Made by a program: the position numbers and the translations under genes
Assembly (NCBI GenBank): GCA_046734695.1
Contig: JBKPRS010000012.1
Location: 1-39,118 of the forward strand
Direction of reading: 5' to 3'
Source: Actinomycetota bacterium
GTDB taxonomy: Bacteria > Actinomycetota > Acidimicrobiia > Acidimicrobiales > VFJN01
DNA: 39,118 nucleotides
Notes under the pieces: generated by a model
The model's input: the letters and a program-made list of their open reading frames with translations, nothing else
Database searches by the model: none
What the model was told of the DNA's origin: nothing
Shown: piece by piece, positions 26,013 through 35,216 of the stretch
How positions within the stretch are numbered: the first letter of the stretch is position 1
Layout: each line of letters begins with the position of its first letter

Positions 26013-28132
26013 CGGCCCCTGGCCCTCGCGACCATCCACGGGAGCAGCCACGCGGCCCAGCCGCCGGCCACCGCAGGCGACAGGTGCCGCCCGTCAGGCC
26101 GCATGAGGACGCCGGAGACCGTCCGCGGGCACGGTGGTCCGCCCGGGCAGATCTTGTCGGCGAAGTCGACCAAGGTCACCGCGTCGGGGTGGCGGTCGGC
26201 GAAGCGGTGCAGGATCCCGTCGAGGCGGACGTAGCTGGCGTCGTCCACCGCGTTGGACGTGTTCGCCGCGCCCTGGGCGTCATTGGGGGCCGCGGCCGGC
26301 ACGGTCAGCATCACGACGTGAGCCCCGTTGGCCGTGAGCCGGCCGAGGGCGGCGTCCATGCGCCGCTGGATCTCCGCCTCGTGCTCCGGGGTGCCGGAAA
26401 CGAGCGTTCCCGCCTCGGTGACCAGGTCGGACTTTTCCCACACACTCATCCAGACCACCACGTCGGGGTCGATCCGCTCGAATGCCGCGTCCAATGCGGC
26501 GTCGACGAGCCTAGGGCAGCGGTGGGAGTTGGGCGTGATCTGCTCGCCGCGGGTGGTGGTGACCTCGCCGCTCGCGACGCCGCAGCCGATCACCGCCGCG
26601 GTGTCGGTCACGCCGCCGGTGCGGGCCGCCACCTCGTAGATCCCCGGGTAGAAGCTGCACATCGCGGAGTCGCCGACGGTGAGGATCTTGAGGTCCTCGG
26701 CTCCGGGCGGCACCCAGCGCAGGAAGATGTCGAGGGCGCCGTCGGCCTCCGTGCGGGCCTGGTCGCTCGGAGGGCCGCACGGCAGCGGGTCCCCGAGGTG
26801 GTACTCCTCGCTGGGTGTGGCCTGCAGGGCCACCGCCTTGGTGGCGGGGCTCTGGTCGCCGATCAGATAGTCGGGCGGCCGGGCCGCCCCGCCCGCCGAG
26901 GCGAGGACCGCGACGGCCGTCACCACGACGGCCGGAGCCACCAGCCACGGGACCACCCGGCGCGGCGTCGCGCCCGCGGGCCGGAGCACCAGCGCTCGGG
27001 CCTTGACCAGCACGGTGGGTGGGCGCCGCTCCCGGACCGGCAGCTCGATGAGGTAGTAGCTGGCGATGGCGGCCGCGAAGGTGAGCGCCACCCGGGCGGC
27101 GTCGAGGGCCCGCCCTTCCAGGGGCACCCGGGTCGGGACCAGCCACACGATGATCGGCCAGTGGAACAGGTACAGCCCGTAGGAGAGGCGCCCGATCCAG
27201 GCCAGCAGCCCCACGCTCAGCACGGCCCTGAGCGGCCCGGGGTGGAGGGCCGCCACCACGACCAGGCAGCCCACGGCCGCGTGCAGCACCGAGCCGCCGT
27301 GGTAGTAGGCGGGGGCGGAGCCGTCGGCCACCTCCCAGCCCACGAGCATGGCGGCCAGGGCGAGCGGGCCCAGCACTGCCAGGGCGCGGCGCACCCGCGC
27401 TCCCGGTCGCCACGCCGACACCACCACGGCCAGGGCGGCGCCGGCCAGGATGACGTGGATGCGGCTGTCGGTGCCGTAGTACGCCCGCAGCGGTTCGCCC
27501 GGCCGGTAGGTCCGTACCATGACGGCCACCGAGATCGCCCCCAGCACCACGCAGACCGCGACGAGGGCGCGGCGCCGGCGGGCGAAGTGCAGGACGGCCA
27601 GCGCCACGAGGGGCCAGAGCAGGTAGAACTGCTCCTCGATCGCCAGGGTCCAGGTGTGCCGCAGCGGCGACGGGGCGGCGAAGGTCTGGAAGTAGCCCTG
27701 GTTGGAGGCGATGAAGCGCCAGTTGGCGGCGTAGCCGAGGCTGGCGAGGCCGTCGTTGCGCACCGAAGTGCGCAGCCACGGATCGACCTCGGTGCGGGTG
27801 AAGAACGCCACCGCCACCAGCGTCACCAGCAGGGCGGGAAGGAGCCGGCGCGCCCGCCGCGCCCAGAACCGGCGCAGCCCGATGGTCCCGCTGCGCTGCC
27901 ACTCGACGACGAGCAGCATCGTGATGAGGAACCCGGACACGATGAAGAACAGGTCGACGGCCAGGAACGCGCCGTGCGCCCACGAGTAGTTCAGGTGGTA
28001 GGCGATGATCGCCAGCACCGCGAGCGCGCGCAGGCCGTCCAGTGCCGGCTGGTACCCGAACCTTTCTGAGCTGTCCTGCGGGGCGCTGTCGCGGTCGATA
28101 TCAGGCCGCGTACACCGCGCCCGCGTCAGCAC
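26009..28132 (-). CDS. O-acyltransferase, AT3 plus SGNH fusion (OatA/OafA-like)
   Basis: LDGLRALAV, VDLFFIVSGFLIT, RRARRLLP, HTWTLAIEEQFY, SYGLYLFHWP; C-terminal GDS...DGRH. Start approximate. Confidence 0.92.
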   Translation of the reverse strand: MLTRARCTRPDIDRDSAPQDSSERFGYQPALDGLRALAVLAIIAYHLNYSWAHGAFLAVDLFFIVSGFLITMLLVVEWQRSGTIGLRRFWARRARRLLPALLVTLVAVAFFTRTEVDPWLRTSVRNDGLASLGYAANWRFIASNQGYFQTFAAPSPLRHTWTLAIEEQFYLLWPLVALAVLHFARRRRALVAVCVVLGAISVAVMVRTYRPGEPLRAYYGTDSRIHVILAGAALAVVVSAWRPGARVRRALAVLGPLALAAMLVGWEVADGSAPAYYHGGSVLHAAVGCLVVVAALHPGPLRAVLSVGLLAWIGRLSYGLYLFHWPIIVWLVPTRVPLEGRALDAARVALTFAAAIASYYLIELPVRERRPPTVLVKARALVLRPAGATPRRVVPWLVAPAVVVTAVAVLASAGGAARPPDYLIGDQSPATKAVALQATPSEEYHLGDPLPCGPPSDQARTEADGALDIFLRWVPPGAEDLKILTVGDSAMCSFYPGIYEVAARTGGVTDTAAVIGCGVASGEVTTTRGEQITPNSHRCPRLVDAALDAAFERIDPDVVVWMSVWEKSDLVTEAGTLVSGTPEHEAEIQRRMDAALGRLTANGAHVVMLTVPAAAPNDAQGAANTSNAVDDASYVRLDGILHRFADRHPDAVTLVDFADKICPGGPPCPRTVSGVLMRPDGRHLSPAVAGGWAAWLLPWMVARARGR

Positions 28133-28160
28133 AACGTCCCCCTCCCCATTCGGGTGACCT

Positions 28161-28176
28161 TAGTCCGGACTCACTA
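28161..28176. promoter_or_regulatory. Operator-like motif B, copy 1 (TAGTCCGGACTCACTA)
   Basis: 2 mismatches to TAGTGAG-NN-CTCACTA; upstream of the acyltransferase. Confidence 0.45.
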
Positions 28177-28208
28177 CGGTCGTACGAAACCGCGTTGCGT
28201 GGTCGCGG

Positions 28209-29084
28209 TCAACCCGTGGGGCCGAGCACCTCGCCCGCCCAGGCGAGCAGCTGCGGGGCCAGGAGCGGCCAGCGCACGAACAGGCCCTCGCCCGCCCCGC
28301 CGGGCCGGGCCGCGGAGCGCTGGTTCCACTCGTCGTCGCCCCAGGGCGGCTCGACCAGCCGGGACTGGGGGAGGAGGGCGGCGACCTGCTCCGAGGTGGC
28401 GCGGGTGTGGTTGGCGTCGCTGGACCCGCTGCGGAACACCAGGGCGGGGATGTCCAGCCCCCGGGCGTCGGCGTCGGGCAGGCCGGGGACCAGCTCGTCG
28501 CCGCACGGGCAGTACGCGACCATCCAGCGCTCCAGTATGGCGATGAACTCGGTCGGGTCCTGGTCGAGGAAGCGCTGCCGGTTGGCCGGGTTGCGCTCGA
28601 TCACCTCGGCCCACTCCGGCAGGGCGGCGACCGCCTCCATCCCGCCGGTCCAGGCGGCGCGGATCGAGCCGCCGCAGTAGTGGGTGCCGAGCACCATGAG
28701 GCCGTAGACGCCGCCGCTGATCCACCAGGTCGCCACGGCCGCGGCCACGTCGCGGTGGCGGGTAGCCGTGAGCAGCGAGACGCGCGAGCCACCCGAGCCC
28801 CCGGCGATGACGGCCGGGGCCATGTCGAGCTGGGACAGCAGCGCGGCCAGCACGTCCGCCTGCAGCGCGGACTCGGACGGGCCGGTGAAGGCCACGTCGG
28901 ACGCGCCGCAGTTGGGGCGGTCCCAGACGAGCACCCGGTTGCCCTCGGTGGCAAGGGCTCGGGCCAGCTCGCGCACGCCCGGCGAGTCCATGGAGAACCG
29001 GCCGCCGGGGGTGATGGCCCAGGGCCGGCCGTCGCCGATGACCTCGTACGCGATGGTCAGCCCGTTCACCGTTGCGGTCGCCAC
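28209..29084 (-). CDS. Alpha/beta hydrolase
   Basis: TPGG oxyanion region, WDRPNCGAS, nucleophile elbow GGSGG, DANH. Confidence 0.88.
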   Translation of the reverse strand: MATATVNGLTIAYEVIGDGRPWAITPGGRFSMDSPGVRELARALATEGNRVLVWDRPNCGASDVAFTGPSESALQADVLAALLSQLDMAPAVIAGGSGGSRVSLLTATRHRDVAAAVATWWISGGVYGLMVLGTHYCGGSIRAAWTGGMEAVAALPEWAEVIERNPANRQRFLDQDPTEFIAILERWMVAYCPCGDELVPGLPDADARGLDIPALVFRSGSSDANHTRATSEQVAALLPQSRLVEPPWGDDEWNQRSAARPGGAGEGLFVRWPLLAPQLLAWAGEVLGPTG

Positions 29085-29112
29085 GGGCCGGACACTACCA
29101 TCGCCTCAATGT

Positions 29113-29128
29113 CAGGGAGCACTCACTC
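29113..29128. promoter_or_regulatory. Operator-like motif B, copy 2 (CAGGGAGCACTCACTC)
   Basis: 3 mismatches to consensus; in the divergent hydrolase/amidohydrolase promoter. Confidence 0.45.
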
Positions 29129-29149
29129 ACTTTCTCCCCCGGGGGCGGC

Positions 29150-30331
29150 ATGACGGCGACCGAGGCCAGCCCGTTCGGCGACCTGTTCATCGTGGACGCG
29201 GACTCCCACTGGTCCGAGCCGCCCGATCTGTTCACCAGCCGGGCACCCGCCGCGGTCCGCGACCGCATGCCCCGGGTGGAGGAGGTCGACGGCCAGCCCA
29301 TGTGGGTGTTCGACGGCCATCCGGTGGGTCGGTTCAGCGCCGCCGGCGTGGTGGGGCGCGACGGCCACAAGGAGAGCGCCCACAAGGCCCTGCGCGAGTG
29401 GAGCATCGACGAGGTCCACGTCGGCGCCTACGACCCCAAGGTGCGCCTCGGCGTGCTCGACGAGTGCGGCATCGACGCCCAGATCATCTTCCCCAGCACC
29501 ATCGGCCTCGGGGGCCAGGACCTCGGGCTGGTGGACGACGAGGCGCTGTGCCGGCTGGCGGTCGAGGTCTACAACGACGGCATGGCCGAGATCCAGGCCG
29601 ACTCGGGCAACCGCCTGCTGCCGCTGCCGCTGATGCCGGCCTGGAGCGTCGACGCCTGCGTCGCCGAGGCCCGCCGGGTGGCGGCGCTCGGGGCCCGCGG
29701 CGTCAACATGACCTCCGACCCCCACGACCTCGGCGCCCCCGACCTGGCCAGCCGGGAGTGGGACCCGCTGTGGGAGGCCTGCACCGAGCTGAAGCTGCCC
29801 GTGCACTTCCACATCGGCGCCAGCGTCACGGGCATGTCCATGTACCAGAAGTACGCCTGGCCCTCGCACCCCGAGAACACCAAGCTCGCCCTGGGCGGCA
29901 CGCTGCTGTTCATCGGCAACGCCCGGGTGGTGTCGAACCTGATCCTGTCGGGCATGTTCGACCGCCACCCCGAGCTCAAGATGGTCTCGGTCGAGAGCGG
30001 CGTCGGCTGGATCCCGTTCATCCTCGAGGCGCTCGACTACGAGATGGCCGAGAACGCCCCGCAGGAGTTCGCCGAGCTCTCCAAGCCGCCGTCGGAGTAC
30101 TTCAAGAGCAACCTCTACGCCACGTTCTGGTTCGAGAACAACCGCAACAAGCTGCCCGACCTGATCGAGGCGGTGGGCGAGGACAACATCCTCTTCGAGA
30201 CCGACTTCCCCCACCCGACCTGCCTCTACCCCACGCCGCTCGACAGCGTCGCCGCCAAGATGGCCACGCTGGCGCCGGAGACGCAGCGCAAGATCATGGG
30301 CGAGAACGCCCGCGCGCTCTACAGGCTCTGA
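29150..30331 (+). CDS. Amidohydrolase family protein (Amidohydro_2)
   Basis: VDADSH, VHFHIG, SVESGVGW and FETDFPH. Start set at ATG 29150. Confidence 0.92.
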   Translation: MTATEASPFGDLFIVDADSHWSEPPDLFTSRAPAAVRDRMPRVEEVDGQPMWVFDGHPVGRFSAAGVVGRDGHKESAHKALREWSIDEVHVGAYDPKVRLGVLDECGIDAQIIFPSTIGLGGQDLGLVDDEALCRLAVEVYNDGMAEIQADSGNRLLPLPLMPAWSVDACVAEARRVAALGARGVNMTSDPHDLGAPDLASREWDPLWEACTELKLPVHFHIGASVTGMSMYQKYAWPSHPENTKLALGGTLLFIGNARVVSNLILSGMFDRHPELKMVSVESGVGWIPFILEALDYEMAENAPQEFAELSKPPSEYFKSNLYATFWFENNRNKLPDLIEAVGEDNILFETDFPHPTCLYPTPLDSVAAKMATLAPETQRKIMGENARALYRL

Positions 30332-31827
30332 TGGACGCGATCGGCCACTGGATCGGGGGGCGGGCGGTCGCCGGCACCTCCGGCCGCACCGCGCCGGTCT
30401 TCGACCCGGCCCGCGGGACCCAGACCGCGGAGGTGGCCCTCGCCTCGGCGGCCGAGGTCGACGGCGCGGTGAAGCTGGCGGTCGACGCTGCCGCGCTCTG
30501 GGGTGAGACGCCGTCCACGCGGCGCTCCGGGCTGATGTTCCGCCTGCGCGAGCTGCTCGACGCCCACCGCGACGAGCTCGCCGCCGCGGTCACCCGCGAG
30601 CACGGCAAGGTCCTGGAGGACGCGCGGGGCGAGGTGGCCCGCGGCATCGACAACGTCGAGTTCGCCTGCGGGATCCCCCACCTGCTCAAGGGCGCCCACT
30701 CGGCCGAGGTGTCGGGCGGGGTCGACGTCCACACGGTGCTCCAGCCGGTGGGCGTGGTGGCCGGCATCACGCCGTTCAACTTCCCGGTGATGGTCCCGCT
30801 GTGGATGCTGGCCAACGCCCTCGCCTGCGGGAACGCCTTCGTGCTCAAGCCGTCGGAGAAGGACCCGTCCGCCTCGCTGCTGCTGGCCGACCTGGTGCGC
30901 CAGGCGGGGTTCCCGGACGGGACGTTCACGGTCGTGCAGGGCGACGCCGAGGCCGTCGGTGCCCTGCTGGAGCACCCCGACGTCGACGCGGTGTCCTTCG
31001 TCGGCAGCACCGCGGTGGCCCGCCACGTGTACGAGACCGGCACCCGGCACGGCAAGCGGGTGCAGGCCCTGGGCGGGGCCAAGAACCACATGGTCGTGCT
31101 GCCCGACGCCGACGTGGACGCGGCGGCCGACGCCGCGGTCTCGGCCGGGTACGGGTCCGCGGGCGAGCGCTGCATGGCCATCTCGGTGGTGGTCGCGGTG
31201 GGGTCGGTGGCCGACCGGCTGGTCGACGCCATCGCCACCCGGCTCCCCGACGTCGTGGTGGGCCCGGGCGACGACCCCGCGTCGATGATGGGGCCGCTGA
31301 TCACGGCCGAGCACCGTGAGCGGGTCCGCTCCTACGTGGCGGGCGCGGCGGCCGAGGGTGCCAGAGTGGTGGTCGACGGCTCCGCCGGCCCGAGCGAAGG
31401 TGACACGGCCGACGGCTTCTTCCTCGGCTGCTCGCTGGTGGACGGCATCGAGCCGGGCATGCGGGTCTACGACGACGAGATCTTCGGCCCGGTGCTCGGC
31501 GTGACCCGGGTGGCCACGTTCGACGAGGCCGTGGCCCTGGTCAACGCCAACCCCTACGGCAACGGCGCTGCGATGTTCACCCGGGACGGAGGCGCGGCCC
31601 GGCGCTTCGAGCGGGCCGTCAAGGCCGGCATGGTCGGCATCAACGTGCCGATCCCGGTGCCCGTGGCGGCCCACTCGTTCGGGGGCTGGAAGGCGTCACT
31701 GTTCGGCGACCACCCGATCTACGGGCCGGAGGGCATCCGCTTCTACACCCGGCCCAAGGTGGTCACGTCCCGCTGGCCCGATCCGGCGGCCAGCGTGGTC
31801 GACCTCGGATTCCCCCGGTCGCAGTAG
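30331..31827 (+). CDS. mmsA: CoA-acylating (methyl)malonate-semialdehyde dehydrogenase
   Basis: GITPFNFP, KPSEKDP, SFVGST, GGAKNH, GSAGERCMA, EIFGPV, GMVGINVPIPVP. Start ATG 30331 overlaps the upstream stop (TGATG). Confidence 0.93.
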   Translation: MDAIGHWIGGRAVAGTSGRTAPVFDPARGTQTAEVALASAAEVDGAVKLAVDAAALWGETPSTRRSGLMFRLRELLDAHRDELAAAVTREHGKVLEDARGEVARGIDNVEFACGIPHLLKGAHSAEVSGGVDVHTVLQPVGVVAGITPFNFPVMVPLWMLANALACGNAFVLKPSEKDPSASLLLADLVRQAGFPDGTFTVVQGDAEAVGALLEHPDVDAVSFVGSTAVARHVYETGTRHGKRVQALGGAKNHMVVLPDADVDAAADAAVSAGYGSAGERCMAISVVVAVGSVADRLVDAIATRLPDVVVGPGDDPASMMGPLITAEHRERVRSYVAGAAAEGARVVVDGSAGPSEGDTADGFFLGCSLVDGIEPGMRVYDDEIFGPVLGVTRVATFDEAVALVNANPYGNGAAMFTRDGGAARRFERAVKAGMVGINVPIPVPVAAHSFGGWKASLFGDHPIYGPEGIRFYTRPKVVTSRWPDPAASVVDLGFPRSQ

Positions 31828-31834
31828 CGCTCGC

Positions 31835-33292
31835 TCAGCCGCCCCGGGCCTCGACCAGGGCGCGGCGGTTGACCTTCGTGGCCTCGCTACGGGGGATGGC
31901 GTCCACCAGCTCGACCGTCTTGGGCACCTTGTAGGGCGCCAGGCGGCTCTTGGCGTAGGCGATCACCTCGCCGCCGGAGATCGGCGTGGCCGGATCGGCC
32001 GGCTCGACGATGGCGTGCACCCGGCGGCCCCAGTCGGCGTCGCGCAGGCCCACGACCACGATGTCGGCGATGCCCGGGTGGTCGATGAGCGCGGTCTCGA
32101 CCTCGGCGGGGAACACGTTGGCGCCGCCGCTCACGATCATGTCCACCCGCCGGTCCACCAGGTACAGGTAGCCGCCGGCGTCGAGGTAGCCGAGGTCGCC
32201 GACAGTGGCGAACCCGTCGTCCGTCTTGTCGCGGGGCGCGGCGTTCCCGAGGTAGCGGTAGCCGGCCGCGCCGGGAGAGCGGAGGTAGATCTCGCCGATC
32301 TCCCCGGCGGGCAGGTCGGCGCCGGTCCCGTCGAGGATGCGCACCTCGGTGCCCCGCACGCCCCGGCCGACGCTGCCCTGGTGCTCCATCCACTCGTCGC
32401 CGCGCAGGCCGGTGAAGCCGAGGCCCTCGGTCATGCCGTACACCATGAGGATGCGGTCGGCGCCGATGAGCCCGGCCCAGCGGTGCACCAGCGACGGCGG
32501 CATGGGAGCCGCCCCCTGGAGGATCCAGTCGAGGCTCGACAGGTCGCGGCCGTCCACCCCGGGCAGGTCCGCCACCCGCTGGAGCATGGTCGGGGTGGCG
32601 GTGAAGTTGGTGATGCGGTGGCGCTCGATGACGTCGACCACGCGGGCGGCGTCGAAGCGCTCGAGCACGACCAGCCGGTCGCCCGCCAGCAGGCTGTACA
32701 GCGTGGCGAACCCGTTCGCGTGGTACATGGGCGCGGGGACCAGGATCCTCTGGGGTCGGGGCACCGGGCGCCACGCGTCCATGAACGCCGTGCCGAACGC
32801 CCCGTCCCACAGGGAGGGCCGCTCGCTCAGGATGACCTTGGGCGTCCCGGTCGAGCCGCTGGAGCAGATGCCGCTGACCTGCGGGGACACCGCGTCGGCG
32901 AGGTCGGGGACCGGGAGGTCGCGGCTGGCGTCGATCCAGGCGACGTCGTCACCCTCCAGCTGGACCCGGGGCTCGATGACGTCGCGGACCCGGGCCCGCT
33001 CCCAGTCGGGCAGGTCCCAGCGCACCGGCACCGGCACGGCGCCCAGCTTCCACGCGGCCAGGGCGGCGAGCGTGAACTGCGGTGAGTTGCGGATCCCCAG
33101 CGAGACCCGGTCCCCCAGCGTCAGCCCGCGCTCGGCCAGCGCGCCGGCCAGGCGGCTCGACCGGTCGTCGAGCTCGCGCCAGGTCAGCTCGGTCTCGCGG
33201 CCGTCCGGGGCGACGTGGCAGCAGGCCGGCTCGTCGGGGTGCTCCGCCCCCAGCTGCCGGACCCGCTGGGCGAAGCTGGTCCCTTCGGTCAC
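31835..33292 (-). CDS. Acyl-CoA synthetase (bile acid-CoA ligase-like AMP-binding protein)
   Basis: SSGSTGTPK, APMYH, YGMTE, GDLG, DRRVDMIVSGGANV, PYKVPK. Start probably GTG 33292. Confidence 0.9.
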   Translation of the reverse strand: MTEGTSFAQRVRQLGAEHPDEPACCHVAPDGRETELTWRELDDRSSRLAGALAERGLTLGDRVSLGIRNSPQFTLAALAAWKLGAVPVPVRWDLPDWERARVRDVIEPRVQLEGDDVAWIDASRDLPVPDLADAVSPQVSGICSSGSTGTPKVILSERPSLWDGAFGTAFMDAWRPVPRPQRILVPAPMYHANGFATLYSLLAGDRLVVLERFDAARVVDVIERHRITNFTATPTMLQRVADLPGVDGRDLSSLDWILQGAAPMPPSLVHRWAGLIGADRILMVYGMTEGLGFTGLRGDEWMEHQGSVGRGVRGTEVRILDGTGADLPAGEIGEIYLRSPGAAGYRYLGNAAPRDKTDDGFATVGDLGYLDAGGYLYLVDRRVDMIVSGGANVFPAEVETALIDHPGIADIVVVGLRDADWGRRVHAIVEPADPATPISGGEVIAYAKSRLAPYKVPKTVELVDAIPRSEATKVNRRALVEARGG

Positions 33293-33305
33293 AGCGGGAG
33301 ATGAT

Positions 33306-33321
33306 ATGTGAATGCTCACTA
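33306..33321. promoter_or_regulatory. Operator-like motif B, copy 3 (ATGTGAATGCTCACTA)
   Basis: 3 mismatches; spans the short divergent junction and the ATG at 33312. Confidence 0.5.
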
Positions 33322-34529
33322 GTCAGGCGCCTCTGGCCGGGGTGCGGGTCGTCGAGGTGGCCACGCACGTGTTCGCGCCGATGGCCGGCGCCATCCTGGC
33401 CGAGTGGGGCGCGGACGTGCTCAAGATCGAGCCGCCCGGGACCGGGGACCCCTACCGCGGGCTGGTCACCACCGGCCTCCACCCGCGGCACGCCGGGGTC
33501 GATCCCTACGTCCAGTCGGCCAACCGGGGCAAGCGGTCGCTGGGCATCGACCTCAAGCACCCCGAGGGCCGGGACCTCCTGGGCCGCCTGGTGGCCACGG
33601 CCGACGTGTTCGTCACCAACCTGCGCCCTGGCGGGCGTGCACGCCTACGTATCGACGTCGAGGACGTGCGGGCCGACAACCCCGCGGTCGTCTATGTGCG
33701 GGCCACTGCCTACGGGGCCCGGGGCCCTGACGCCGAGCGCGGCGGCTACGACGCCGGTGCCTACTGGGCCCGCTCCGGCATGCAGCACGTGCTGACGCCG
33801 CCGGACGCGGCCTGGCCCCGGCCCGCCCCGCCTGCGTTCGGCGACGTGGCCGGGGCGCTGGCGCTGGCGGCGGCCGTGTGCGCCGCGCTGGTCCACCGGG
33901 CGGCGGGCGGCGAGGCCGCGGTGATCGACGGCTCGCTGCTGGCGGCCGGGATGTGGCAGATCCAGCCCGACGTCGTGAGCGCGGCGGGATCCCCGCCGCC
34001 GGTGCTGTCCGACCGGTTCGAGGTCGCCAACCCCTTGATGCTCACGTACCGCACTGCGGACGGCCGGTTCGTGGCCCTGACCATGGTGGCGCCCGACCGC
34101 CACTGGCCCGCGTTGTGCCGGGCGATCGGCGAGCCGGGCCTGGCGGACGATCCCCGCTTCGCCGACCAGGACGCCCGCCGCCGCCACGCCCGCGCCTGCG
34201 TCGAGCGGCTCGACGCCGTGTTCGGCGCCCGGGACCTCGCCCACTGGCGCCGGGCGCTGGCCGGGTTCCCGGGGGAGTGGGCGCCGGTGCAGACGCCGGG
34301 CGAGCTCCACGACGATCCCCAGGTCCGGGCCAACGGCTACATCGCCCAGGTCGACGTGGCCGGCGACGAGCCACTGCCGATGGTCACGGTGCCGGTGCAG
34401 TTCGACGGGCAGCCGGGGAGTCCGACCCGGGCGCCCGAGCACGGCGAGCACACCGAGGCGGCGCTGGTCGAGCTGGGGCTGTCGTGGGACGAGATCGGCG
34501 CGCTCAAAGACCGCGGGGCGATCCTCTAG
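33312..34529 (+). CDS. Family III (CaiB/BaiF) CoA-transferase
   Basis: LAEWGADVLKIE, NRGKRSLGIDL, FGDVAG, APEHGEHT. Confidence 0.92.
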   Translation: MLTSQAPLAGVRVVEVATHVFAPMAGAILAEWGADVLKIEPPGTGDPYRGLVTTGLHPRHAGVDPYVQSANRGKRSLGIDLKHPEGRDLLGRLVATADVFVTNLRPGGRARLRIDVEDVRADNPAVVYVRATAYGARGPDAERGGYDAGAYWARSGMQHVLTPPDAAWPRPAPPAFGDVAGALALAAAVCAALVHRAAGGEAAVIDGSLLAAGMWQIQPDVVSAAGSPPPVLSDRFEVANPLMLTYRTADGRFVALTMVAPDRHWPALCRAIGEPGLADDPRFADQDARRRHARACVERLDAVFGARDLAHWRRALAGFPGEWAPVQTPGELHDDPQVRANGYIAQVDVAGDEPLPMVTVPVQFDGQPGSPTRAPEHGEHTEAALVELGLSWDEIGALKDRGAIL

Positions 34530-35182
34530 GGCAGGTGACGGCCCCAGTCGAAGTCGACGGGGACCAGGAACGGGGCGGCCAGCAGCGGGAGTACCTCGCC
34601 GGCCGCCCAGCGCTGCGCCAGAACGGGCCGCAGTGCCTCGGCGGTGGCCAGGGGGTCGTCGTCCAGGTAGCAGTAGGTGATCTGGCGGCCCTCGGTCCGG
34701 GCCCACCAGGCCCCGGCCACGCCCGACAGGTCGGTGAGGGCACCGGCCGACGCCTCGCCCCGCTCCACCAGCAGGTAGACCCCGGTGACGGGGCGCCACG
34801 GCAACACCGCGGCGCTCACGTCGATCCGGCCGGCGGCCGCGGTGCCGGCGAGGTCGTAGGTGCCGACCTCGACGCTGGGCAGCCGCCAGGACATCCGTCC
34901 CGCCTCGGCCAGGGTCGTCGCCAGCCCGCCGAGCTCGGTGATGGCGCCGGCGTCGGCGAACAGGTAGGTCATCACATGGTCGACGCCGTCGTACCGGTCC
35001 TCGCTCACGGCTCTGGCCGCCCGGCAGGCGGGGGTGGAGACCAGGCGCTGGGCGCCGCGCAGGGCGGCGAGGCGGTGGATCTCGGGCCGGTGGTCGAGCG
35101 CGTGCCAGGCGAGGTACTCGGCGTCCCGACCGTCCGGTTCGCGTCCCGCCATGGCCACGAACAGGGTCGTGACGTCAGGCAT
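34526..35182 (-). CDS. Hypothetical protein, possibly EthD-like dimeric alpha-beta barrel
   Basis: EYLAWHALDHRPE resembles the EthD/DUF4286 W-x4-H-x-P pattern; codon bias supports coding. Confidence 0.65.
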   Translation of the reverse strand: MPDVTTLFVAMAGREPDGRDAEYLAWHALDHRPEIHRLAALRGAQRLVSTPACRAARAVSEDRYDGVDHVMTYLFADAGAITELGGLATTLAEAGRMSWRLPSVEVGTYDLAGTAAAGRIDVSAAVLPWRPVTGVYLLVERGEASAGALTDLSGVAGAWWARTEGRQITYCYLDDDPLATAEALRPVLAQRWAAGEVLPLLAAPFLVPVDFDWGRHLP

Positions 35183-35216
35183 GGCCGCCAGTCTTACCGC
35201 ACCTTGCGGTGCTGCG

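Noticed and set aside
28768-31827. Apparent 1019-aa fusion ending in an aldehyde dehydrogenase
   Set aside because: The N-terminal half is an off-frame read through the hydrolase and amidohydrolase genes. MmsA starts at ATG 30331, coupled to the upstream stop.
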